A stretch of DNA of 64,000 nt from the human T2T-CHM13v2.0 reference genome, Homo sapiens. The stretch's first letter is position 1, and every line of letters starts with the position of its first letter. The position numbers and the translations under genes are program-made. The notes beneath the pieces are model-generated. The model ran no database searches. It saw nothing but the letters and a program-made list of their open reading frames with translations, and was not told where the DNA came from. Of the stretch, positions 42,372 through 54,953 are shown one piece after another. The DNA is taken from NCBI RefSeq assembly GCF_009914755.1, contig NC_060930.1; one strand, 5' to 3'.

Positions 42372-43140
42372 ACCTCTCCCTCACTGCCAAAAAGCAGTAA
42401 GTGAGGCCAGGTGTTCTTTAACTCACACTCCAGAGATGGCCCCATCCTTCTAAATTTTGAAAATTAAAAAAAATGTTCCCTGATGCTCAATACTTGTTCT
42501 CTCTTCACCCTTCTCCTGCCCTTCTCTCTCTCTCCCCCCAAACCTCCCCTCTGTGTTTTCTGATCTTCGTGAAGGATTTTTATTTTCTCGAGGGATGCAA
42601 CAGCCTGGGTTGTTGCATGCTCATTCGTGTTATTCTTCTTTTTTTACTGTCAACTAAGTAGATTGTGTCATTTATTTTGGGTGGCTGTATAGACTATAAG
42701 CCAAACACAGAATTTTTGCTTTTTCTACGAACCCAGTAGACAGCAGGACAAAAGGACACTTCAACCCAGTAAGATGCCATTTTTTTTTGTCCTTGTGAAG
42801 GAAAATGAAAAGGAATAAATTGTTAATGTCTTCTCTTTTAGGAGATAGGATGGAGTGTCACCAAGATAGAAGACAAAAACATAAGCTGTGAAATGTGATT
42901 ATAAAGTAGTGACATGAGTGCCAGAAACCACGGAGGAAACGTCTCCTTGTTCTGGATCCACACTTCATACGTGGTCATTGAAACGTGGCATCAAACGGGA
43001 GGAATGTGATGGGCCAGGTTAGGGGAAGAGCACCAAGCAGGGCCTTTCCCTGGGAGATGGCACCACGTGACATGCTTCATACGGAAGCACATGGGCCCTC
43101 AGCGCTGGTATCTTGCTTCACCTGGGGATGGTGATGAAAT

Positions 43141-43185
43141 GATGCAGAGCTGACTCAATACGATACAGAGCTGACTCAATACGAT
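43141..43185. repeat. 21-bp tandem duplication, each unit containing AP-1 TGACTCA
   Basis: gat(g/a)cagagctgactcaatac x2. Confidence 0.92.
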
Positions 43186-43189
43186 GTGT

Positions 43190-44505
43190 GGGATCTTCCA
43201 TCGTGAAGCAGCTGGGAGCACCAGGAGGCAGGTTTTCCCGTGCTTATGGAAAGCACCACATTGTTCTGCTGGGGACATGTTCTTTTACTCCAAGGAGTAG
43301 TGGATGTGCAATGGGCTGTCCTGCCCGTAGAGATGTGTGGGGCTGGCTGCTGAGAACAGATGGCAACTGGCTGGCTCTGATGCCTCAGAAGAGGTGAATG
43401 CATTCGGAGAGGCCACAGCTGAGAGTCCCTCAAACTGGGGAGTTATTATTCTAAAAGTTGGATTTTTAGCAAGATTTTACCAGGTGAGGCTGATTAAATG
43501 ATGGTGGCAGGGGCGGGGAGAAAAACAAATAAAAGTGAGTTGAAGTCAACCTCTCCAGTTAATGGATGTGCGTCTCCTTTACCCAGTGTTCATGGGTCAG
43601 AAATCTCACTATTCCACTTAGTAACACACTTCTAGAATTTTTGGCTTCTGTTTTCCTGAATTTGAGCTCTTCTAGGACATTTTGTTTTGCAGTGGAGGAA
43701 TACTTCCAGCAGGGCACCAACGGTGGCTCCACTGATTGCCGATCGAGACTTCTATCTGACCATTCGGGTCTCCTCACACCACTGAACCGCACAGAAAAGA
43801 AGGGCACCACTGGCTGGGGTGGACATGCAACCACCAAGAGGAAATGTGGTTGTTGCCATACAGTGGGGCAAGGGAGGATTCTCTGGAGCACAGGGGACTC
43901 TCTGGGCTGTCCCTTAGCTCTTCCATGTCTAATAATAAATGTTAAGGGAAAACTATAGTAACAACGAAAATGCAGGGTCACTGACCCCTTAGGAATGAAG
44001 GTTCCAGTCACTGTGTAGAGAACCCTCACAAGCTGAAGCCATGGCCGAGGACAAAGGAAAGAGAATGGCCAGTGCAGAAAGAAGCTGTACACATCAACGA
44101 CAGCCTCATGATCAGTCAGAGAAAGGGGGACCAAAGCCACTCCGTGTACTCTCACATTCGTCATAAGTGTGTGCATGAGTGTGCTTACATATGAACATAT
44201 TTTGTCTTCTACCTTCTCCCTCTCTTTACTTCTTTGAGCAACTATTGTTGGAGATTAATTTACAATTTTGTCTTTAGGTAACACGTTATTTGAATTGGCT
44301 GTGACTGAATTTGAGGAACAACGCGCCCACCCCAGAGATGGACAGTGGCCTGTTTTCAGGAAATGGCAGCATTGATGACTGGGACATTGTATCTCCTCAT
44401 TCAAGGGAGAGAATGGGAATGCCTCCATTTCTTATGAAAGAGGCCCCACAACTTGTTAAGTTGAAACATGGATGTCTTGGGAGTTCCAAAGCTCACAGAG
44501 GGGAG
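43190..44505 (+). mobile_element. Degenerate ERVL-class internal sequence
   Basis: Motifs resembling ERVL-int (ggaggaatacttcca, ggaatgaaggtt..gtcac); purine tract before the LTR. Confidence 0.55.
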
Positions 44506-44506
44506 T

Positions 44507-45198
44507 GTGTGGAAGCAAAGCCCAGGGCAGGCTGTGCCGAGTATGGAGCTTTGGTTTCTCAGTCCCAAACCTGCCATCCTCCACCCCGAGATGCTGGGCT
44601 GGGACGTTGCAAATCAATGCCTGCCTTGCTGCCTGGCTCCCTGTGAGGTCCTGCTGATTGGGCCGCTGCAGGCTGGAGGAGGGGGAAGGGACTTGCTCCT
44701 TCCTGGTTTGTCCTAGTTCTGCTTTCTTTCATTCGGTTCCCGTCAGACACCTGTCCGTGTCTTCAGGTTGGCAGTGGCAGTCCCATCCAGTAGCAGGAAT
44801 TGAGATCAGTTTTCAGTTTTTTCCAAGATTCTCAGAACTGGCCTCATCACACTCTCTTAGGGCCGTGAGTGCCTGTTGCCCAGCGTCCCTCCCCTCTTCA
44901 GAGGTCAGGGACTCAGCCTCACAGGGACCCCGCTCTGATCTCTGGGATCCCAACCGGGCTGAGCATCACTTGATTCTCACGGGTTTTGCTCTGCAAGGCT
45001 TTCCCCTAAACTGTTAGGAATTCCAACTTCTTCCCTTTGTTCTCCTAGCCGAGGTGCGACGGCTGCTTCCCGCCTTTGCTACATCCACGATCCCTCACTG
45101 TTTCCATTTTGCCTTTTCATTTCTCCAGGTAGTTAGCAATTCTATGCATTACATTCTCTCTGTCAGAGTAACCAGTTTGGTTTCTGCCTCTTGTCTGC
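44507..45198 (+). mobile_element. ERVL LTR (LTR41/LTR33-like)
   Basis: ggctggaggagggggaagggacttgctccttcctg; 3' end attctctctgt...ggtttctgcctc. Confidence 0.6.
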
Positions 45199-45517
45199 AT
45201 TTTTAAACTTTGCTTCTTTTTTTATCTCTCTTCCTCACTCGTGGAATTGGTCAAATTTTCTTTTACCTGCTTTCAGAATTTTCTTTTGCCTCCTTTTAGA
45301 AGGTAATAACATACATTCTACTTTTACTATTTTAGAAATCATCCACTAATTCTTGATTCTTAATGCTTACTCGACCTTATTTTTTTTTCTAACAAAATCT
45401 AGAGATGGTTAATATTTCTACTCTCTTCTTGAACAAGTCAAGAATGGTTTACTTTCTTCTGAAGTCTTCTCTTCCATCTTTTATGACATTGTCTTTTATA
45501 TCAGTTCTACTATCTTG

Positions 45518-45815
45518 ATTTTTTTTTTTTTTTGAGACAGGTCTCATTCTGTCACCCAGGCTGGAGTGCAGTGGCACAATCACCACTTGCTGCTACCTTG
45601 ACCTCCTGGGCTTGAGTGATTCTCCCACCTCAGCTTCTTGAGTAGCTGGGACTACAGGTGTGTGCTGCCATGCCTGGCCAATTTTTATATTTTTTTGTAG
45701 AGACTGGGTTTCGCCATGTTGCCAAGGCTGATCTTGAGCTCCTGGCCCCAAGCAATCCACCCGCCTCAGTCTCCCAAAATCCTGGCATTACAGATGTGAG
45801 CCACTGTATCTGGCC
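45518..45815 (-). mobile_element. AluJ-like
   Basis: Diverged dimer; atc(t/c)tgatttt on both flanks. Confidence 0.88.
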
Positions 45816-46485
45816 TCCATCCTGATTTTTAAGCAATCTCTAACTAGCTGTAATTATGATCTGTACCAGTCAACTATGTAGACTGATCAGTGCATTTGAT
45901 TTATTTCTTTGGTTACCATTGTCTTTTTGGATCCTCATTTTTCCCTTTGGATTCAACTTCCTTCTTGCCAGGGTATAAAATAATAATTTTTTTTTCACCA
46001 AGAGTCTGCGGGCATTCAACTCTCAGTTTTCGTTGTCAGAAATTGTCTTTATTTAGCTTTTAACTTAGAATAATAATTTAGCTGGAATTTAGATTTCTTT
46101 GATGAAAACTGTTTTTCCCTGAGTATTTAAAAGATATTATTCATGGCTCCTGCTATCTGTTATTGCTTCTTGGAAATCTACTGTCAGGTTACTTATTATT
46201 CATTTTAGCTCTCTGCTTTGTTTTCTTATTAGATAACATCCAGGTTTTTTCTCTTTACTTTTGATATTCTGCAGGTTTATTACCATGTGCCTTGGAGCTT
46301 TTATTTATACTGTTCTGGTTTCAGTCTACTTATACAATTTGAAAAGTGATGTTTTTCCTCTCTTCTGGAAAAGTTTTCAGATATTATCACTTGAATATTG
46401 CCTCTCTAACTTTCTATTTTATGCACTTATTCTAGAACTCTAATTAGACACATGTTGACTTTTCTCACTGTACCCTTGTAACTTT

Positions 46486-46624
46486 TTTTTTTTTTCTGTA
46501 TTTTTGGTACAGATGGACTTTCGCCATATTGGCCAGGCTTGTCTCTAACTCCTGACCTGGTGATCTGGCCTCCCTCGGCCTTCCAAAGTGCTGGGATTAC
46601 AGGTGTGAGTCACCACGCCTGGCC
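46486..46624 (-). mobile_element. Alu left monomer with perfect 14-bp TSD
   Basis: TSD acccttgtaacttt at 46472-46485 and 46625-46638. Confidence 0.88.
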
Positions 46625-46872
46625 ACCCTTGTAACTTTCATATGTTACATTTTATCTTTCTGAACTATATTCTAGATGATTTTTCCTAGTTCTTTATGCT
46701 AATTCACTATTCTCTTCAACTATTAAACCCACCTATTGAGGCTTTTTGTATAATTTGTTTTTTTTTTTTGGAGGTTAATCTCTCCTTTTCTCTCCCATGC
46801 TCTTCCTTTATGCTATGTACATCTTTACATTACATATTTTAGATATATTTAGGATCTTTTCAGATTGTTTTA

Positions 46873-47038
46873 TTTTTCTTATTTTATTTTTTGAGACAGA
46901 GTCTGCTCTGGTTTTTGGGCTGGAGTGCAGTGGCAAAATCATGGCTTACTGCAGCCTTCACCTCTTGGGCTCAAGGGATCCTCCTGCCTCAGCCTCCTGA
47001 AGTTCTGGGATTACAGCTGTGAGCCACCATGCCTGGCT
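46873..47038 (-). mobile_element. FRAM/FAM-like Alu monomer
   Basis: Right-arm-like monomer; TSD agatt(g/a)ttttattttt. Confidence 0.8.
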
Positions 47039-49559
47039 AGATTATTTTATTTTTAGTTCTTGAAATGCAAATATTCCCATTTATTGTGTTTGCTATTTGC
47101 CCCTGTTGGTAGTCCATTTCCTAATGTGATTTAGAGTCTGAATTCATTTTTTTAAAAGGGCTATTTTCTACAGGAGTCTCCCATACTGCTGTTTTATGGA
47201 ACTATTCCTACAGAGCTGTTTCTATTTCCCAGAAGCCTCCAGGAAACCTTTCCTGGCACCTCATTGGCCAGAGTGGAGTCACATGTTTTTCTCAGGCCAG
47301 TTGATTGTAAGGGGGAGGGAATTACCCTTAGATCAATCAAGTCCACCCTAATCAAGCTGAGGGTGTTTCAATCTTCCCCTCAGAAACAGGCTGAGAGGGA
47401 GGGTGGACACCTGAACCAAATCAGGGTTCTGTGAGGGAGAAATGTACATTTGAAACTTCAGCACTCCTAGAGATGTTCCAATTTGCAAAGAATCACTAGT
47501 TAACTATCCAGTAGACAAAATCTCCAAGGGATATGGAAGGGGAAGGGAGAGACAGAGAGTAAAAATGGAAACAAATACAGTAAGGGCAATTTTTTGATGA
47601 GACATATTCTGGTGGAGTAGCATTTATATGTTCTCTAGAAGTGACTCACGTTTTTCTGAAAGGCGACTTTGGCTTTTGTTGTTGGATGTGGAGTAGCACT
47701 GTACATACCACTCTGTTTTTCTTTTGTCTTTTTTTCCCTTCTATTTACAGGAAAATAAAAACAAAAGCAATCCAATGAAGAAAATGTAAACAAAATGATC
47801 TCTAAATTTCGGATATGGCAAGACAAAAATTTAGTATAAGAACAGTTTGAATTAATCTGTGAGTACACTGTGATCCTTTGATGAGTTCAAAGTAATTTGT
47901 AGAAAGTTAGTTATATTTTCAGTATTGACGCAGAGCTATGCTTTACTCTGCTTACACAACATAGTAGTTAAGTAACATGATAGGGAACACAGTGTCTGAC
48001 TGTGGGTCTATCTGGGTCTAACACTATCACCAGCCACACAATTTTGGCAACATCTCTTCTGTGATTTGACAAGCTAAGTTCCTATAGCAGCAACAAAAGC
48101 CTCAGGGGTGCTGCCAATGCTCTATGAAGTTTTGCTAAGATTAGTCCACTTCCTTTTGTCGTGTCAATATTTGATGAGCATCCACTATGTGTCAGGCACT
48201 GTGCTGTGTCAAAGACGTGACAGGGAATCAACAAAGTCGCTGCCTTCATTGGAGCTTATTGAGGACCAAATCTCTGAGGAGATGAGAATATTGTAACAGA
48301 CTTTATACATATTTAAATCTATGGACATTTCAATTCTTCATTATTTATGGGCATACTTGCCACCTTGTTGAAAAGTAAAGGTATTATTGATCCTAGTAAT
48401 AGGTGCTAAAATACCCAACATTTAGCATTCTAGATATATCTAGCCTCTCCATTTGTTTGTGTGACTTTGTCCAGCCATTCACTCCTTCATTTTCTCAAGA
48501 GACGTTAGATCTTAGATGGCAGAAAGACTTCTCGGCAAAGGTGACAATTAGGCTGAAACCTGACGATGCGGGGGAGGAATGGTGGTATTGGTGGAAGTGA
48601 GGGTAGAGGTTGGCTGAGGCAAGAAGAATGTTTCCAGAGAAAGGAAAAGAGCAGCACATGTAAAGAACCTCAGCTGGGAAAGAGCTTATGAGGATAAGGA
48701 ACGACTATTTCCTTCTCGCATTAAAGCCATCAGCTACCCCAAACCGTATGTCCCTTGCTCCCTCTGGCATTCCCATCTTAGACCCGGGAACAGTGGTTTT
48801 CTCCTTCCTATCTCCTTTGCTTTTTCCCCTTGCATCCTTTCGTGTGTCATCCTCACCTCACCCCTTTTCTATGTTCTTATCATTTCATCCTTGAACTTTA
48901 AGTCTGCTTGACGTTTTGTTGTTTTCTGGTCATAATGTTATTGTGTAACCTTTGAAATCTTTTGAGTCTATGAACATGCTTTGAATCCTGCTGGCTTTTC
49001 TGTAATGCAACTTTCAAACGCCATAATGTAAACTTGGAACAATTTCATATATAAGCCCTGTGAAAGAATCCCCATTTGTCCATCATGTTTGCAAGGGGGG
49101 TTTTACACATGTCTCTTTGAATTCCAGCCCCAATCTGTCAAGGAGGTGTTCTCATGAGGAAACCAAGGCTCCAAGAAGGACTTTGTTAAAATCTAAAAAC
49201 TAATAAACAATGGAGGTCAGCCAGACCCAGGTCTTCGGACTCCAAATCTAGTGTTCTTCCCAAATCACTTCTTTGCCTTTTTCACAAATGATATCATTGC
49301 CCTAAATACAGACTGCAGATTTAACTTAAATAATTACAGGATCTCTTACACACAGCTTATGTTGAGTAGGATTCAGAGGCTCAATTGATTTTTGGAGATT
49401 GGAGCTGTATTTAGATCAATTATCCTTTTAGATGGCATGGACAGAACAGATTATGCAACTCAGTTTTATCTCCCACCCCTAGTCCACCCAGTAGAACTAG
49501 GATTACTTGTATTTGCTCAGACAACTTTTCGTTTAGTTGATTCTCTATATTTGCTAGAT

Positions 49560-49734
49560 CAGGAGTTGACAAACTTTTTCTGTAAAGGACTACATAGTAA
49601 ATATTTTGGGCTTGCACAACCTCTCGACTCTTCCACTCTAGCACAAAAGTGGACATAGACAATGTGTAAACAAACTTACAAAAAACACATGGCTGGTGGG
49701 ATTTGTCCTCTGGGCTGTAGTTTGCTGAACTTTG
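49560..49734. mobile_element. MER58A-like hAT element
   Basis: caggagttgacaaactttttctgtaaagg...gtaaatatttt...gggctgtagtttgctga. Confidence 0.8.
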
Positions 49735-49787
49735 TTTAAGATAAATGATCCAGATAAGTGATAAAGATTGTCTTATCTTTATTCCTC

Positions 49788-50245
49788 ATATCAGTTAGGA
49801 TTTGTTTCAACTCTGAATAACAGATCCTCCAGATAATAGTGGCCTAAACAAGATAGATGTTTATTTCTGTCTCATAAAATGCCCAGAGATGAGCAGTCTC
49901 AGGCTAGTATGGCATCTCTGTTCTGGGAAGTCCTCATAGTCCGTCCAACTCACCACTCTCCCATCCAGAGTGTGGCCTCATCCTTAGATCTGAGATGGCA
50001 GTATCCAGCTTCAGGCAGCAGGATGGAAGAAAAGCCAATGAAGCTTTTCTTCCATCGAAAGAAGTGACCCTTCGGGAAAATCCCAGAACCTGTCACATGA
50101 TACTTCCTCTTTCATCCTGTTGGTCAGGCTCAGTCACATGGCTACTGGCCTAACTGCAAGAGACTCTGGGAAATGTGGTTCTTACTCTGGATGGTCATTT
50201 GCCTGGCTCAGAATTGTTACTGTGAAAGAAAGGGAAAATGGATAT
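49788..50245 (-). mobile_element. Old MLT1 LTR (J/K/L-like)
   Basis: tcagttagga...agtggcctaaacaagataga..tttatttct...gtcacatggc...gggaaatgt. Confidence 0.6.
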
Positions 50246-51479
50246 TGGGAGGTTCCTGACACACATGCTTCTTAATTCTTTCATTAACTGAATTTCAGTA
50301 GAAAATTCAGTAACTAAATTTTATTTTTGTTATTGCTAATATGATATTAACTAATGAGCACTCTTTTCTTGTTTAATAGGAATGATGCTAATGTTTCACT
50401 TTTAAGTATGAAATATTTAAACAGATTATGCATATTATCTACTATATTAAGTATAGTAGATTTCTGTCAGAGATCCTTTGTCAATTTAAGGAAGTTTTCT
50501 TCTAATTTTAGCTTGTTAACTACTTTTTAATCAGAAGAGAATAAGCCATAAAATCTTCTGATAAGGCAGGCCTGGCTATCCCACCCTCTTTATAGTTCAC
50601 AAGAATAACCTTAACACCATCTGAATGGAAACACATAGGATTCCCGTGGAGGTGAGCCAGGTCTCCTCGATTCTCCAGGGCCATCTGGTCATGCTGTCAG
50701 TGAATTAGTCTCAGGGATGCTGATATCCAGCCTGGGGAAAGACAAAGCTGCCTTTATATAGAATCACTTCTTTGGCTCTCTGCAAACAGAGACCCTGCTC
50801 TGTCAGACTTAATTGGGGTTGGTGTATCATGATGATTTCCTATCTTCCTTTGTGATAAATATGTAAACTATAAAATGTCCCCCTGGGGTGCAGAGCTGTC
50901 ACAGACTCTCGGTTTATATGGTCTGTCTCAGAAGATGGGAGAGTTTATTGCTTGCTATGGGCATAAAAGCACACCCCATACTCCTTGTTGAAATTGGAGT
51001 CTTCCAGCCCCTGCAGACACACACCCAAATGTTCTTACCTGCCATGCCTAAGGACTCCCTAAACCCAGGCAGAGAACCTTTTGGAAACCCTCTATGAAAC
51101 AGTAGCTTCCTCGCTGACTTAGTCAACTTTCTATGCCTCTGGATTCGAACTGGATCCATTTCACCTGCCTTCTCCAGTCTACTTTGAAGGGGTGTAGATT
51201 TTCTTTTTGTTTAGTTTAGTTTAGTTTTGTTTTGTTTCTGACCCACAGCGCCTACTTGCCACTTCCTAAAGGAACTGCTGTTCTTGGTCTGGGCTTGTTG
51301 CCAGGCCCTTCCTGGGTGATGGGAGTCCTGCTCTGTCACCCCAGCTCTGTCCTGTGGGGCTGCTTGCATCCAAGTGCAATACTCTCTCTGCTCTGTTTGT
51401 GCCTAGCATAAGGCACATATCGCCTGCAATTCAAGCTTTAAGAGCCCGGGAATGTTTTACTACGTCTCTTCTCTCTTCA

Positions 51480-51645
51480 ACAGAGCCTGTTCCATCAGCC
51501 GGGGTCCTGGGATGAAGGTAACGTGGAGCAGAGTTGCAGCTGATCCACGATGTGTTAGCGCAAGCAAGAAATAAACTTTTGTGATCCTAAGCCACGGGGG
51601 TTTTTAAGTTGTTTGTTAGAGCATGACCTATCCTATCCTGACTGC
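51480..51645 (+). mobile_element. Old MLT1 LTR 3' fragment
   Basis: caagaaataaactttt...taagccac...ttgtttgtta...cctatcctgactg. Confidence 0.55.
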
Positions 51646-52101
51646 TGTACAAAATTAAGCAATTTCTGTTTGGCAGGATTTCCCAGACCCTCCGGAAGGC
51701 TGCTGTGCTGTGTCAATCTTTAAAATGGGAATGAGGTATATCATTTTTCCCAGTCTTAATGCCCAAGACTTTCTTAATGAAATCATCTACTGGGACTTGA
51801 ACTGCTGTTCCAAAGAAGTTAATGGGATAAATGGCTACGTGTGTTCTGTGCATGAGTCATCTTCTTCCAATGAGATTGAAAGCCCCTCAGTGGAGTAGCA
51901 TAGCATCCAACACAGAGTTCAATTCAACAAACTTGTTGATAAAAAAATCTCATCCTTTCCTGCCACCTCCATGCCCCACCCCATGCTGAAAGATTTATTT
52001 GTAATACCTGTTTCTTGCTTCGTGAACCAAGTTAAGCAGTCAGTGCATCCTGCTCATGTCATATGAGGCCCTGTCTCGCCCATGGAACTACCACTGACTT
52101 C

Positions 52102-52403
52102 TTTTTATTTACTTATTTTTGAGACAGAGTCTTGCTCTGTCACCCAGGCTGGAGGACAGTGGTGTGATCTTGGCTCACTGCAACCTCCACCTCCTGCGTT
52201 CAAGTGATCTTTCCACCTCAGCCTCCCGAGTAACTGGGACTACAGGTGTGCACCACCACACCTGGCTAATTTTTTTGTATTTTTAGTAGAGAGATGGTTT
52301 CACCATGTTGGCTAGCTGGTCTCGAATTCCCGACCTCAAGTGATCTGCCTACCTCGGCCTCCCAAAGTGTTGGGATTACAGGCGTGAGTCACCATGTCTG
52401 GCC
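52102..52403 (-). mobile_element. AluS-like
   Basis: Full dimer; TSD actac(c/t)actgacttct. Confidence 0.9.
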
Positions 52404-53367
52404 ACTACTACTGACTTCTACAAGTGCTCCCTTCTGGGGCAGCGCCTGGGAGGCAAAGAGCTGTGTGAGAAGCTTATTTCCAGAAGAGGTGATGAAGGTA
52501 AATCAATAAGATTCCGATGCTGTAAACTGGTCAAGTGTCACTCTGCAGCAGACATGCAGTATTAAAGGCTTTGCTAAAAAGAAACCTTTGCCACGTCTGC
52601 AGCTATTAGAAAACTTTTTGAATGTCTTCAAAGTAGGATCGCGACAATAGTTTCTTAAAAGGTGTGGTTGTTGGGGAGAAAAGAGAGGCTGCCATGAAGT
52701 CCTTTTCTTCTCAAAAGCAATTGCAGGAGAGATCCCTGTGTTCAGAAGAGAAGGGAAGGTGTGGATGGGAAACGCTTTGGTCTGCAGTTGATGTTAATCG
52801 AGGCTCTTCTGGAACCAGTCAGAAGCTGCCAGTGCCTGTGATTTCCCCAGCCCTCAGTGCTGCGAGCGAGGCGGCCCGTGAGTAATAGCAGCGCAGCCCA
52901 CTCTGCAGTATGTGGGAGGACAATAAAGGTCAAACCACAGAGTGGGCTTCCAGCTGCCAGCACGGTGGCCTCTGTCCTTTCACTGCGAGGGGGCTTGGGA
53001 GGCTCGGGGAGGAAAGGGAAGGCTGGGTGTTAACGTGAGGTCCTGTCATGGTTTCCGTGGTAAACCATGGGTTTTCCAGGTCTTCAGATTCCAGGCCCAC
53101 CGCCCTGTGGTTGCCATCTGCCAGCCCCTCTGGACCAGATCAAGTGAAGTCTCTCTCCCAGTACCCTTCTAGTGAGGAAGCAGACATCTGGCTCCTTATC
53201 ATTGAAGAGAGAAAGCACTTATGAAATTGGATTTTGATTTGTGAGAGATTCAGGAACAACAGAATAATAAAACTAGAGATCAGTGGATCCAGGCGCTTTT
53301 TAAAAAAGTCGGCATTCTGGGGCACTTTCATTGTGCCTGGTACTGTGATAAAGATTTTTCAATAACT

Positions 53368-53670
53368 ATTTTGTTTTGTTTTGTTTTTTGAGACGAGTTC
53401 TCACTCTGTCTCCCAGGCTGGAGTGCAGTAGTGCAATCATGGCTCACTGCAGCATCGAACTCCTGGGCTCAAGCAATCCTCCTGCCTCAGCCTCCTGAGT
53501 AGCTGGGACTAGAGGACTGAGCTACCAGGCCTCGCTATTTTTTTTTCTTTTGTAGATACAGGGTTTTGCTGTGTTGACCAGGCTGGTTTTAAACTCCTGG
53601 GCTCAAGCAATCCTCCTGCCTTGACCTCCCAAAGTGCTGGGATTACAGGTGTGAACCACCACACTCAGCC
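53368..53670 (-). mobile_element. AluJ-like
   Basis: Full dimer; aataact on both flanks. Confidence 0.88.
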
Positions 53671-53709
53671 TAATAACTGTCTTTTCTAATCTCCCTGTCA
53701 CCACTATGC

Positions 53710-54600
53710 TGTGGTACTATTACTATCCACATTTTACAGAGGACGAAACTGGCATCTAGAAGCTTAAGACCCCCATAGACAGCTGGGACCAAATTCAAGT
53801 TCAGCTAAATCACCAGCCTGCTCTCTATCATGCTGCTGCCCTGTATGGCCATTTTGGAAATTTCTGGCTAAAATAGCTACTGGATAGAAATGAACTACTA
53901 CTATTGGTTCAGCATTTCTTCATTTATCCAGCGAACTTCTGTTGAGACCCTGCTGGTGAGGGCCCAAGGTGGATAAGGTTTGCCCCATCTGGAAGTCACC
54001 TGGGCTGGCTCAATTAGAGGGAGGCAATGCCAAAGGCAGTGGGAACCTTGAGGAAGGAACAACTCACTCTACCTGCGGCAGCTGGAGTGGACTTCCATGA
54101 CATGGTGACATTGACGCTGAAGTGGGCTATCCCAAAGAGGAGAAAAAGGGGCAAGAGACTTGGAGAAGACTCAGCAAGGTGACCCAGGAATGGGAGGCGT
54201 GGGGAGTTTGGGAAACTCCAAGTATTTCCCTGCACAATGGGAGGAGAGGGAGGAAGTAGGAGAGAGTAAACCTTCTTAGTGCCACACTAGCTGGAGGGGC
54301 TTCATAAGAAGGCAGGTGACGTTACTGATGTTTTATTGAGATGATGTTTGCCATTGAGGATTGGAAGAGATGGGAGTGAGGTGAGGCGGGTGCTAGATGA
54401 GATCAGTCTTGAAGCCACTACTCCTCTGTGGTGGCATGAAGGATGAAATGGGCTGAGCAGGTAAGGAGACAGGTGCAATAGTCAGATGCGAGATGATGAG
54501 GGCCTGGGATGAGGCAGAGGGGATGGGTTAGAATGACATGGTCTTGGTCATTGAATGGATTTGGGCAAAGGAAGAGAAGGAGAACATTTTGGCTTCTGCC
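53710..54600. mobile_element. MIR and L2 fragments
   Basis: cattttacagaggacgaaactg (MIR core), then a degenerate L2-like purine-rich stretch. Confidence 0.45.
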
Positions 54601-54622
54601 TCGCCCCATTGTCTCAATCTCA

Positions 54623-54953
<331 letters not shown>

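Larger units (their letters stand above)
45200..47200 (-). mobile_element. Old L1M fragments with nested Alus
   Basis: T-rich degenerate antisense L1-like sequence; boundaries approximate. Confidence 0.5.

Noticed and set aside
40007-42445. Similar short ORFs (40007..40240 and 42168..42371) suggesting paralogous micropeptides
   Set aside because: The similarity follows from the DNA duplication; both start at GTG, their ends diverge, and mismatches show no evident synonymous bias.
43559-44176. 205-aa minus and 130-aa plus ORFs
   Set aside because: Within decayed ERVL internal sequence; no intact retroviral domain is recognisable.
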